DNA of 29,401 nucleotides. Source: a virus. Lineage: Duplodnaviria; Caudoviricetes. This document shows positions 1 to 9,119 of the stretch, piece by piece (position 1 is the first letter of the stretch; each line of letters opens with the position of its first letter). The position numbers and the translations under genes are program-made. Location of the stretch: positions 1 through 29,401 of IMG/VR virus record IMGVR_UViG_3300035140_000038; one strand, 5' to 3'. The notes under the pieces were generated by a model, which was given only the letters and a program-made list of their open reading frames with translations, made no database searches and had not been told where the DNA came from.

Positions 1-1518
1 GCTGCAATAACAGCAGGTTTTGGAGGTTCTATAATAGCTGCTTCGAAATTTCAGCAAGAAATATCTAATGTTTTTACTCTTTTAGATCAAGATACACTAG
101 ATGAATTTGGTGGAGATTTAAAAAAAGCATCAATGCAAGCTTTAAAGATGGGGTTTAGCATTCAAGATTCTAATAAAGCATTATTTGACACAGTATCCGC
201 TATTGGGGATGTAGAAAAATCAATAGGCATATATCAACAAGCGCAAAAACTTGCTATTGGAGGTGTTACCGATTTAAGCATTGCCGTAGATGGCATAACA
301 TCTATAATGAATGCTTATGGTAAGGAAGTAACAGATGCAAAAGATGTATCAAATGCTTTTTTCTCGTCGCAAAGGGCTGGTAAAACTACAGTTGCTGCAT
401 TAGCTGTCAATGTAGGAAAGGTGGCTCCAGTAGCCAAACAGGCAGGTGTAGGGTATAAAGAATTGCTTGCGACTATGTCTCAATTAACTTTAGCGGGGTT
501 ATCAACAGAAGAGGCTAGTACTGCCTTAAGGTCTGCTATGAGTGGTTTACTTGCGCCATCTAAAGAAGCAATTAAAATATTTAAAAAAGCAAAAATACCA
601 GTGGGAGCAGCCGCTTTACAGAGTGCTAATTGGGCAGATGTTTTGGCCAAAATCCCATCTGTTTTGGAAAAAAATAAGGATGCATTGTCTGACATGTTTC
701 CTAATATAAGGGCAATGACAGCGGCAGGCTCTTTAGGAGCAAAAGAAATAGAAAATTTGCGTAAAATTGTAGTTAAAACAAATGAAGATATTAAAAATGG
801 GACTGGGTTGACAGATGCTTATAATTTACAAATGGAAAATATATCAAGACAATTTAAAATTTTCAAAGGCACGCTTACAGTAGTCGCGATCAAATTTGGC
901 ACGTTGCTTTTCCCAGCTATTAAGAAAGTTTTAAAAGTAGGGATAAAGCTTTTAACTTTTTTTGAACTTTTAAGTCCCGCGTCCAAAACTGTTATTTTAG
1001 TTTTAGGTGCAATAGTTGGGGTAATATCAGGCATAACATTAGCAGTAGCTATAATATTGCCTCTTTTAGCAACATTAAAATTCACATTGGTAACTTTAGG
1101 CATCACAGCCGGCACAACTTGGGGAGCAATTCTTGGACCAATAACATTAATAATATTAGGGATAGCAGCAGTAACCGCTGCTATAATACTACTAATTGAA
1201 AAATGGGATATTTTTAAAAAAGCATTATTAAATATTGTTGATCTTTTTAATAAACTTTTCCCAAGAGCAGCGGCTCTTTTTAAAATGATAGAAAAAATTG
1301 CCGGAGTTTTAGGCATTATAAAAGGTGCAAATTTAGCAGCAAAAGGCTTTCAACTTCCGCAATTAGCCACAGTCGGAGCAGGGGTACAATCAAGCTTAGA
1401 TGCTAATATTAATATGAATGTAAATGCGCCTAAAGGGGCGGTTCAAAGTATTGTTTCAAAAACTAAATCTAATAACAGTAATGTTAATCTTGGTATTAAT
1501 ATGGAAGAAAGCTTATGA
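1..1518 (+). CDS. Phage tail tape measure protein (TP901-type core), 5'-partial
   Basis: Frame is open from base 1, upstream of the ORF-track Met at 133. Ala/Gly-rich helical repeats (VAPVAKQAGVGYKELLA, LSTEEASTALRS), hydrophobic C-terminal helices, and position just before the baseplate genes. Confidence 0.92.
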   Translation, partial: AAITAGFGGSIIAASKFQQEISNVFTLLDQDTLDEFGGDLKKASMQALKMGFSIQDSNKALFDTVSAIGDVEKSIGIYQQAQKLAIGGVTDLSIAVDGITSIMNAYGKEVTDAKDVSNAFFSSQRAGKTTVAALAVNVGKVAPVAKQAGVGYKELLATMSQLTLAGLSTEEASTALRSAMSGLLAPSKEAIKIFKKAKIPVGAAALQSANWADVLAKIPSVLEKNKDALSDMFPNIRAMTAAGSLGAKEIENLRKIVVKTNEDIKNGTGLTDAYNLQMENISRQFKIFKGTLTVVAIKFGTLLFPAIKKVLKVGIKLLTFFELLSPASKTVILVLGAIVGVISGITLAVAIILPLLATLKFTLVTLGITAGTTWGAILGPITLIILGIAAVTAAIILLIEKWDIFKKALLNIVDLFNKLFPRAAALFKMIEKIAGVLGIIKGANLAAKGFQLPQLATVGAGVQSSLDANINMNVNAPKGAVQSIVSKTKSNNSNVNLGINMEESL

Positions 1519-2711
1519 CTTTAGCAAGCGAAGAATCATTAATAGCTTCTTTTCGTGGAGTCCCCTTTTTTTGGCGGAATAGCTCTTTGACTACCGGCCA
1601 AAAAACAATAACACATGAATATCCAAAATCTAATAGAAGATTTGTTGAGCAAAACGGGTTATTTAATGATGTTTTCACGATAGAGGCCGAAATAAAAAAT
1701 GATAATTATAAAATTAATAGAGACCGATTAAAAAAAGCCTTAAATCTTGAAGGCAGTGGGATATTGCAATTGCCTATGCAGGATAGAATGCTTGTAAAGG
1801 TGGAAGGAACTTATACTATTAGAGAAGATTATAGGAATTTAGGTGAAGCAGTTTTTAGTATTACATTCGCAAAAACAGATACTAATATATTACCAATAGC
1901 AATTGTCAATCCTGCAAAAATAAATACTTTAGCAAAAAATACAACTGAGGAAATGGGAGCGACATTTATTTCCAATTTCAAAAGTGTTGCTAATAAAATC
2001 AGTAATTTTGATGCTGCAAAAGCTAAAATATCAGAATTTACAACTAAAATCAATAAAAAAGTTAGTGAAATAAAAACTTTTTCTGAAAAAATCAATAAAT
2101 TCACAGAGCTGATTGAAGAACTTGAAGATGTAGTTGGGAAATATTTAAAAGATATCGAACTGTTAGAAGCGCAAATACAAGCAATATTTGATGAGGTAAG
2201 ATTATTAGGAGAAACAGCGAAAGACAGGTTAATTTTATTTATTGCATTATTTGATTATGGAAGTGAAGATGAACCTATTGCTCAAAATAGTACAACAAAT
2301 AAAGAGAGATATATAAATAATGGATTAATTAATAATTTAATATTAATTAGTTCAATATCTTACGCTTATGTTGAAGCAATAGATATTGAATATATATCAA
2401 CTGATGCAATAGATGAAACTAAAAATATATTAAATGAACAAGTTAATAGAGTATTTAGTAAGGGCGATGAAATTGTCAATGGGGTTTTTGATAGCTTGAA
2501 AACTTTACAAAGTGAAGCAAATAATTTTTTAGAAAAGAAAAAAATTAATACAGCAAAAATTATTGAAACAAACACACAAGAAACTACATTAACAGCTCTT
2601 ACTTATCAATATTATGGTTCTTTAGATAATTATGAAAATTTAATTGATTTAAATAATTTTATTGATTTACAATTTATTAGAGGCAATATTAAGGTATTAA
2701 CAAATGAGTGA
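1515..2711 (+). CDS. Mu-like DNA circularization / tail protein (gpN/gp43-like)
   Basis: N-terminal ASFRGVPF...HEYP...FVEQNG motif typical of DNA_circ_N; C-terminal LTYQYYG...LIDLN; follows the tape measure gene. Confidence 0.85.
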   Translation: MTLASEESLIASFRGVPFFWRNSSLTTGQKTITHEYPKSNRRFVEQNGLFNDVFTIEAEIKNDNYKINRDRLKKALNLEGSGILQLPMQDRMLVKVEGTYTIREDYRNLGEAVFSITFAKTDTNILPIAIVNPAKINTLAKNTTEEMGATFISNFKSVANKISNFDAAKAKISEFTTKINKKVSEIKTFSEKINKFTELIEELEDVVGKYLKDIELLEAQIQAIFDEVRLLGETAKDRLILFIALFDYGSEDEPIAQNSTTNKERYINNGLINNLILISSISYAYVEAIDIEYISTDAIDETKNILNEQVNRVFSKGDEIVNGVFDSLKTLQSEANNFLEKKKINTAKIIETNTQETTLTALTYQYYGSLDNYENLIDLNNFIDLQFIRGNIKVLTNE

Positions 2712-3801
2712 TATTCTTTTGGAAGTTGAAGGAACTGCTTATAGTGGTTTTACGGATATTTCGGTAACTAAAAATATAGAAAATTTATCGGGAGAATTTA
2801 CTTTTAGTTCTACTGAACCTGAAAAGATTAATAATATTCCTCTAAAAAACGGGGCTGTTGCAAGAGTTTTAATTAACGGGATACCAGTTATAACTGGGTT
2901 TATTGATCCTATAATTAACAATATAGATATATCAACGCATAGTATAAGTGTTTCTGGGAGAGATAAAACTAGTGATATTATAGATAGTTCAGCTCCTTTG
3001 GGGTTAAATATACAATCTAATATAAGCTTGAAATCAGTAATTGAAAAAACATTAATTGCTTCTGGTAACTCAAATGTAAAAGTAATTGATAAAGTAGGTA
3101 ATTTAGAGAATTTTTCAAAGAATGATATTATACAAGTTTCTGTCGGAGAAACTATATTTCAATTTTTAGAAAAATATGCAAGGAAAAGACAAGTATTACT
3201 TAATAGTGATGGTGATGGCAATATAGTTATTGATAGAGCATCAACAATAAGTACTGATACAAAATTATTTTTTTATGATGGAGATAAAGAGAAGCAGAAT
3301 AATGTGAAATTTGCTTCGCCTGTTTTCGATGATACAGGAAGGTTTTACAAAATTACGATGGTGTCGCAAGGGTCGCCTAACTCTGGGTCAAAGTATAACC
3401 CATCAGATTTGGTTATGTCTAAAGGCATAGCTTATGACAATGAGATAAGAAAAAGTAAGCAATTGATTATATTGTCTGAAAATACAATGAATAAAAAAAC
3501 ATTAACTAACCGCGCAAAATGGGAAGTTAATGTAAGACGTGCAAGATCAATAGTTTGGAATGGGACTGTACAAGATGTAATTGATTCTAATGGCAATATT
3601 TGGATGCCGAACACTTTGGTAGAAATTATTGATGAAGTAAATAAAATCAATGCAGAAATGCTAATAAAATCAGTAACTTATGGTTTAAGTTTAACCACAG
3701 GAACGACTACATTATTAAGTTGTGTTTCTTCAGATGCTTATACATTACAAGCATCTATAGATGAATTAGATGCTAGATATAATAAAAAAGGTAGGGATTA
3801 A
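2704..3801 (+). CDS. Mu gp44/gpP-like baseplate hub protein
   Basis: Motifs VITGFID, ISVSGRDKTSDIIDSS, GETIFQFLEKYAR, SDGDGNIVI, WMPNTLVEI; synteny. Confidence 0.88.
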   Translation: MSDILLEVEGTAYSGFTDISVTKNIENLSGEFTFSSTEPEKINNIPLKNGAVARVLINGIPVITGFIDPIINNIDISTHSISVSGRDKTSDIIDSSAPLGLNIQSNISLKSVIEKTLIASGNSNVKVIDKVGNLENFSKNDIIQVSVGETIFQFLEKYARKRQVLLNSDGDGNIVIDRASTISTDTKLFFYDGDKEKQNNVKFASPVFDDTGRFYKITMVSQGSPNSGSKYNPSDLVMSKGIAYDNEIRKSKQLIILSENTMNKKTLTNRAKWEVNVRRARSIVWNGTVQDVIDSNGNIWMPNTLVEIIDEVNKINAEMLIKSVTYGLSLTTGTTTLLSCVSSDAYTLQASIDELDARYNKKGRD

Positions 3802-3802
3802 A

Positions 3803-4303
3803 TTGAGTATTTTAAGAAATATTGTTAAATGGGCTTATACAAGTTTACAAATGAATGATACAGGTGAATTCCCAACAATTCAAGTTACAACTTTAGGAAA
3901 TGTTGCACAAAATATAACATTAATATATCCATATGGATATAATGCAAGTCCATCATTAAACACAGTTTGTTTAATTTTAAATGTACAAGGCAATGAAGAT
4001 AATAAGGTTGCTTTTGTATTAAGCGGGCCTGATAGAGAAAAAACTAGTAATGAGGGTGAAGTTGTTATTTTTAATCCCAAAACAAAATCAAAAATATTTT
4101 TAGATAAAAATGGGAATATCGATATACAAAGTTCTGGCGTAGTAAATATTAACGGGGATACTGAACCGATAGTAAGAGGTGGGGCTTTAAAAACATTATT
4201 TAATTCACACACCCATACTTCTGCTGGGTCAGGTAGTCCATCATCTGCACCCATTCAACAAATGAGTGCGACAGAATTATCAACAAAAAATTTTACAGAA
4301 TAA
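3803..4303 (+). CDS. Mu gp45-like baseplate spike protein
   Basis: PYGYNASP and GEVVIFN motifs plus a C-terminal HTH (His-x-His) metal-binding tip. Probable start is the TTG at 3803, after AGGTAGGG and in frame with ORF 3770. Confidence 0.85.
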   Translation: MSILRNIVKWAYTSLQMNDTGEFPTIQVTTLGNVAQNITLIYPYGYNASPSLNTVCLILNVQGNEDNKVAFVLSGPDREKTSNEGEVVIFNPKTKSKIFLDKNGNIDIQSSGVVNINGDTEPIVRGGALKTLFNSHTHTSAGSGSPSSAPIQQMSATELSTKNFTE

Positions 4304-4338
4304 TTTAAAATGTTTCACATGGAACAAAAGAGTAAAAA

Positions 4339-4791
4339 ATGGCAGAAGTAAAATTAATTAAAACTGATTTAGGCTATTATGATATTGGTTTAGATGCCAA
4401 TGGTGATTTATTAGGGGATGATGGGTTTGCAACATCAATTGTACTTTCATTATTTTCAGATAAAAGAGCAGATGAAAGCGAAGTCGCAGAATCTCATTTA
4501 AGACGTGGTTGGTGGGGGAATCTACTTAATGAAGATAAAACATTTGAAATAGGCTCTAAACTTTGGTTACTTGATCAAGAAAGAGCTACAACGGCCACAG
4601 CAAATATTGCTAAAGATTATACATATGATTGTTTACAATGGCTGTTAAATGATAACCATGTAAAAAATATTGTAGTTAATTCAACTTTAATATCCAATAA
4701 TAATATATCTATTGAAATAATATTTACAAAACCTGATAATTCAACACAAAGTATTTCTTTTACTTTGTGGGAAAATACAACTTTTGAATAG
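4339..4791 (+). CDS. Mu gp46-like baseplate protein
   Basis: SLFSDKRA, RRGWWG, IGSKLWLL and LQWLL motifs characteristic of GP46. Confidence 0.9.
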   Translation: MAEVKLIKTDLGYYDIGLDANGDLLGDDGFATSIVLSLFSDKRADESEVAESHLRRGWWGNLLNEDKTFEIGSKLWLLDQERATTATANIAKDYTYDCLQWLLNDNHVKNIVVNSTLISNNNISIEIIFTKPDNSTQSISFTLWENTTFE

Positions 4792-4802
4792 GAGAATATA
4801 AT

Positions 4803-6122
4803 ATGCCGATACAAATCCGTTCTCGCCAAGAAATAAACGACACAATAAAAGTTGATGTAAAAAATAAATTACCTAATAGTAATCCATTTTTAAAAGTAGG
4901 GTTTCTGCCCGGTATAATTGCTGGACTTGCTGGTATTTCATATTCAATTTATGTTTTCCTAACAAAAACACTTCTTAACGAGTTTTTCATAGATACTGCT
5001 AGTGCTACTTCATTAACTAGAATAGGTGCTATATTAGGATTAGAACTTAATCCAGCAACACAAGCACAAGGCTTAGTAAATGTAGAAGGAGTTGAAAGTA
5101 CACTTATCCCAAAAGATAGCGTCTTACAAAGTCAAACAAATGAAACGTATAAAACTTTACAAGACGCTACAATTATTTCAAATACTATTATAGCTTCAGG
5201 GATAACACAATCATCCGGCATTGCTACAGTAGTTTTTTCAACCCCACACAATTTATCGTCTAATATGACTGTTACCATAAGTGGAGCAAATGAGCCTGAC
5301 TATAACGGAACTTTCAGTATTATAGTTATTAGTGCTGAAGAATTCACATATAATATTAATCCAGCTGCGCCAGGAGTAGCAAGCACATCTGGGACATTTG
5401 ATGTTTTATACACAAAAGCCCAACTTGAAATATTATCAGAAGGATTTGGTCAATCTACGAACCTTGAAAATGGAGCAGAAGTTTCATTTATTGTTCCAAT
5501 TCCAAGTGTTAATACTTCTGGATACGTACAAATTGACGGCGTCGCAGGTGGTACTGATATTGAAACCACTGAAGAATATCGGGCAAGATTAAAATTTAAA
5601 GTTCAAAACCCTATCGCAGGAGGTGGGTTCAATGAAACTGCAATTAAATTGAAAGCTAAAGAAATCTCTGGAGTTACGAAAGTTTGGGTTTTTTCCGCCA
5701 CCCCTGCTAATGGTCAAGCAACAATATATTTTGTTCGATATAATGATTTTAGCCCGATCCCCAGTGCTAGTGAAGTAGAAAAGGTGAAAAATAAATTATT
5801 AGAAATTAAGGTCGTGCCAATGGGGGATAGTGATGTAATTGTATCCGCTCCTACGCCTGTAATTCAAAATTTTACATTTTCAAATATTACTCCAGATACA
5901 CAAAGTATGAGAGATGCAATTCAAATAGAATTAAGTAATTTTTTCAAAGACCAAGTTAATGTATCTGAAAGTATTCCTGAATTGTTATATAGTAGTGTTC
6001 TTATTAATACTATTGATGATACTGGTTCTAGATTACAATCTTTTACTTTATCAGATCCGACTGGGGATATAAGTATTGCTAGTGGTGAATTAGCATTATT
6101 AGGAGACGTAACTTATCCATGA
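4803..6122 (+). CDS. Baseplate J / Mu gp47-like wedge protein with an inserted beta-rich domain
   Basis: FIDTA, GGTDIETTEEYRARL, GGFN...ISGVTKVWV and GELALLGDVTY motifs; extra segment at about 5202-5351. Confidence 0.9.
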   Translation: MPIQIRSRQEINDTIKVDVKNKLPNSNPFLKVGFLPGIIAGLAGISYSIYVFLTKTLLNEFFIDTASATSLTRIGAILGLELNPATQAQGLVNVEGVESTLIPKDSVLQSQTNETYKTLQDATIISNTIIASGITQSSGIATVVFSTPHNLSSNMTVTISGANEPDYNGTFSIIVISAEEFTYNINPAAPGVASTSGTFDVLYTKAQLEILSEGFGQSTNLENGAEVSFIVPIPSVNTSGYVQIDGVAGGTDIETTEEYRARLKFKVQNPIAGGGFNETAIKLKAKEISGVTKVWVFSATPANGQATIYFVRYNDFSPIPSASEVEKVKNKLLEIKVVPMGDSDVIVSAPTPVIQNFTFSNITPDTQSMRDAIQIELSNFFKDQVNVSESIPELLYSSVLINTIDDTGSRLQSFTLSDPTGDISIASGELALLGDVTYP

Positions 6123-6727
6123 GTATTTTAAAAATAAATTCAGCAGATAAAGAAGCAAATAGTTTAACAAATGAAATGGCCTCTGGGAAAATTTGGAAAG
6201 CTAAAAATATATTAACTTCTAATATGCGAAAATTATTAAATGCTTTGTCTGAAGAAATTGTAAGAATAAAATTAAAAATTAATGAAGTTTATAATGAAAT
6301 GGATGTAAGGCAAACAGATCGATTAATTGTTGAATGGGAAAAACAATATGGTATCCCAGACGATTGTTTTAAGATAGAAGATACTTTGCAGAAAAGAATA
6401 GATAATATTTTATTGAAAATTCAATCAAATGGAGCTTCTATAGAAGAAGATTTTTTATTACTTGCAAATACTTTAAATATTAACATAGACATACAAACTG
6501 GTTTTGAAGCTACTGGATGGCCATGGACATGGCCGCATGTTTGGGTGGGAACTGAAATAGAAGCCAGAAATACAATGGTAGTTACTTTTTTAGATTTAGT
6601 TCCTCCTACTGGATGGCCATGGACATGGCCTCATGCTTGGATAAAAGATGAAACTGTAATTTTGAGATGCTTATTTAACAAACTTAAACCAGCTAATATT
6701 AAAATACAATATATATATGGAGGATAA
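6119..6727 (+). CDS. Mu gp48-like (YmfQ/DUF2313) baseplate protein
   Basis: LIVEWEKQYGIPDDC and LRCLFNKLKPAN motifs; follows baseplate J. Confidence 0.85.
   Translation: MSILKINSADKEANSLTNEMASGKIWKAKNILTSNMRKLLNALSEEIVRIKLKINEVYNEMDVRQTDRLIVEWEKQYGIPDDCFKIEDTLQKRIDNILLKIQSNGASIEEDFLLLANTLNINIDIQTGFEATGWPWTWPHVWVGTEIEARNTMVVTFLDLVPPTGWPWTWPHAWIKDETVILRCLFNKLKPANIKIQYIYGG
6510..6630 (+). repeat. 25-bp direct repeat (CTACTGGATGGCCATGGACATGGCC) encoding a duplicated TGWPWTWPH motif
   Basis: Exact copies at 6510-6534 and 6606-6630. Confidence 0.95.
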
Positions 6728-6728
6728 T

Positions 6729-7559
6729 ATGAAAAATATACCGACACAAACAACTTCTACAACTCTCGACCCAGATGAATTTAATCAACCTATGGATGAA
6801 TTGGAAAATGCCATTTTAAACACTGGGATTTCGCTTTCAGGTGGAGACGTAACGCAACTATCAAAATCAATTTCGAATTATGTGGCTGGGGGAAGTTATT
6901 ACACTGATTCAGGAAGTGCAAATGCTTATGTATTATCAGTAGTTGGGAACAAAAAATCACCTACATCATATTTCAATGGTATGCTAGTAAGATATAGAGC
7001 AACTAATGCTAATACAGGTGCATCAACTGTTAATGTTAATGGTTTAGGTGTTCTTAATATTAAACAAGCAGATGGGACATCTGATCCCGAAGATGGGGAT
7101 ATCAGTACAACAAGTGATACATTTTTAGTTTGTGATGGAACTAATTTTAGAATGTTAAATATTGATTTCTCAAGAATTAAAACAAGTAAACTGAAATTAA
7201 CTGCTGATCCTTCAGGCACGCCAGATGCAAATACACTTTACAAAAAAAATACCTGTAAAGCTTGGATAAATTTTAATGGTACGGGGACTATTGCTATTAG
7301 AGATAGTTTTAATGTTTCTAGTATTGTTGATTTAACAGTGGGGCATTACAGAGTTAATTTCGATAGAGATTTTGCAGATACTAATTTTTGTTCAGTTTTT
7401 GGTATAGAATCTGATTCTTACTCTGGGAATATGTCTGCTCGACAAGTTTTTGATTTTGCCAAAACTGTAGGCAGTCAAGAATTAAGATGCATTAATGGAT
7501 CAAGTTCTTATGCTGATTTGCCGACTATCAATATGGTTGTTTTTGGTAATCAAACATAA
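6729..7559 (+). CDS. Tail fibre protein
   Basis: NTGASTVNVNGLG fibre motif and C-terminal KAWINFNGTGTIAIRDSFNVSSIVD domain. Probable start is the ATG at 6729, after GGAGG. Confidence 0.8.
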   Translation: MKNIPTQTTSTTLDPDEFNQPMDELENAILNTGISLSGGDVTQLSKSISNYVAGGSYYTDSGSANAYVLSVVGNKKSPTSYFNGMLVRYRATNANTGASTVNVNGLGVLNIKQADGTSDPEDGDISTTSDTFLVCDGTNFRMLNIDFSRIKTSKLKLTADPSGTPDANTLYKKNTCKAWINFNGTGTIAIRDSFNVSSIVDLTVGHYRVNFDRDFADTNFCSVFGIESDSYSGNMSARQVFDFAKTVGSQELRCINGSSSYADLPTINMVVFGNQT

Positions 7560-7574
7560 AAAGGAGAATAGATA

Positions 7575-7967
7575 ATGAAAAATGATAAAATAATAGTTTT
7601 TTTTCATAAGAATAAAGAAGTTAATATAATGTATCCTACTATTGAAGCTTTACAAAAATATGGAGGTTTTGATAACTGGGCAGAAAGAGAATTAATTAAA
7701 ATTCAAAAAGGATATATCCATCCTGTAACAAAAGAAAATATTAAAGATTCTCTTGCAGATTTAGATTATGAAGTAATGAAAATATCTGATTTACCTGAAG
7801 ATAATAAAAATAGAAATGCATGGGAAGGTTCGAAAGGTCAAGGAATAAAAGTTAATAAAGCTAAAGTATTAAAAAATAAAAATGAACAACTAATACAAAA
7901 AAAGATATTAGAAACCCAAAGAGAACAAGCGATAATTGAATTAAAAAAAGAAAAGAAAATAAAATAG
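7575..7967 (+). CDS. Putative tail fibre assembly/chaperone protein
   Basis: Directly after the fibre gene; LPED..NRNAWE motif; RBS AAGGAG. Confidence 0.55.
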   Translation: MKNDKIIVFFHKNKEVNIMYPTIEALQKYGGFDNWAERELIKIQKGYIHPVTKENIKDSLADLDYEVMKISDLPEDNKNRNAWEGSKGQGIKVNKAKVLKNKNEQLIQKKILETQREQAIIELKKEKKIK

Positions 7968-7974
7968 ATTAAAC

Positions 7975-8002
7975 TTGACATATTTTAAAAAATGTGTATA
8001 AT
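7975..8002 (+). promoter_or_regulatory. Sigma70-type promoter
   Basis: TTGACA (7975-7980), 16-nt spacer, TATAAT (7997-8002). Confidence 0.75.
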
Positions 8003-8031
8003 AAGATATGTCAATTAACTAAAATAAACTA

Positions 8032-8105
8032 TTGATATTGAGTAACTGGATAAAGTTAGCATATAGAACTCCAGAGCTATTATAAGCCTAATCGCTCAAT
8101 ATCAA
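8032..8105 (+). ncRNA. Candidate structured leader RNA (multi-stem junction)
   Basis: Perfect 11-bp closing stem TTGATATTGAG/CTCAATATCAA enclosing two small hairpins, in a non-coding leader downstream of the promoter. Confidence 0.45.
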
Positions 8106-8149
8106 ATCTTAATAGGTCGATAGTGGATGAGCACTAACGATAACAATAT

Positions 8150-8190
8150 ATAGAGTATAAAGGTCTCATCACCTGAGTACTCTATTTTTT
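8150..8190 (+). terminator. Intrinsic terminator/attenuator upstream of the 8210 gene
   Basis: ATAGAGTA/TACTCTAT outer stem, AGGT/ACCT inner stem, loop CTCATC, then a T-run. Confidence 0.65.
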
Positions 8191-8209
8191 ATTGGGAGGT
8201 TAAAATAAA

Positions 8210-8413
8210 ATGAATTTTTTTCATTTTTTCCATAAGCATAAATGGGAACAACATAACAATGTAAAAATTTATTTTCAAAAAGGGAAAAGAGAAAAAATAG
8301 AAATGCAATTAGACTTTGTAAAAATATGTCATAGATGCAATACAATGAAGTATATTTTCAACGACAAAATGCATAAAACTAGAATAAAAAATGACAAGGA
8401 GAAAATCAAATGA
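8210..8413 (+). CDS. Small hypothetical protein, possibly Zn-binding (HxHxW...CxxC)
   Basis: RBS GGGAGGT; FHKHKWE and CHRC motifs. Confidence 0.6.
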   Translation: MNFFHFFHKHKWEQHNNVKIYFQKGKREKIEMQLDFVKICHRCNTMKYIFNDKMHKTRIKNDKEKIK

Positions 8414-8988
8414 AAAAAATATTAATATTATTTATGTTATGTATTATGAATTTAAATTTTAGTGGATGTGAATGGTTAAATAAATTGTTAGGGCTTGAAA
8501 AAGAAAAGACTAAACAAGAAGAAGTAGCAAAAACAGAAAATAAACCTAAACAAGAAGAAGAGGAAGAGGAAAAGGAAGAAGAAAAAAAGCCAGAAGAACC
8601 AGAAGAAAAATTAATAAGTAGAGAAAGGCTTGATGGAACGAATGTGTATAAAGAAGAGTGGACTTCATATTATTTGTGGTCAGGTGGGTTTTGGATAAAT
8701 TCAACTGGAAAAATTATGCCTGTTTTCAACAAAACAGGTCAGTCTATGTTGACTGCCAGTAGGATTGTAGAATATTATTATATAGTAGAACATCCATCAA
8801 CACAAGAACAAATAAAATTATATCCTAAATTGCCAGCAGAAGAGGGCTGGAAAGTATACCCTTTTGATGATTGGCCTCATACAACTATGGAATGGAAGAG
8901 TTATATTTCTTCGCAAATAAGCTTAGTAATTTTTAAGCTTAAACCAAAAACTTGGGCGACTATATATTTGAAAATTAATAAATATTGA
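8410..8988 (+). CDS. Putative lipoprotein (moron-like)
   Basis: MKK + hydrophobic stretch + lipobox FSGC; acidic/Lys-rich linker followed by a globular domain. Confidence 0.7.
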   Translation: MKKILILFMLCIMNLNFSGCEWLNKLLGLEKEKTKQEEVAKTENKPKQEEEEEEKEEEKKPEEPEEKLISRERLDGTNVYKEEWTSYYLWSGGFWINSTGKIMPVFNKTGQSMLTASRIVEYYYIVEHPSTQEQIKLYPKLPAEEGWKVYPFDDWPHTTMEWKSYISSQISLVIFKLKPKTWATIYLKINKY

Positions 8989-9013
8989 AAAAAATATAAT
9001 AATTTTGTATAAT
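8985..9013 (+). promoter_or_regulatory. Sigma70-type promoter
   Basis: TTGAAA (8985-8990), 17-nt spacer, TATAAT (9008-9013). Confidence 0.65.
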
Positions 9014-9055
9014 GTCAATTAAAATAATTATCTTAATATTATGGTGATCTAATAC

Positions 9056-9102
9056 AAAAGAGCCAGAATTACATATTACATGTAGTTTTGGCTCTTTTTT
9101 TT
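9056..9102 (+). terminator. Intrinsic terminator/attenuator
   Basis: AAAAGAGCCAGAATTACA / TGTAGTTTTGGCTCTTTT stem (with G-U pairs) running into a T8 tract. Confidence 0.8.
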
Positions 9103-9119
9103 GATTATAGGAGGAAAGT

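Noticed and set aside
1515-7967. Transposable Mu-like phage, or tailocin/eCIS
   Set aside because: No MuA/MuB; linked replication, recombination and tRNA genes indicate an ordinary replicating phage.
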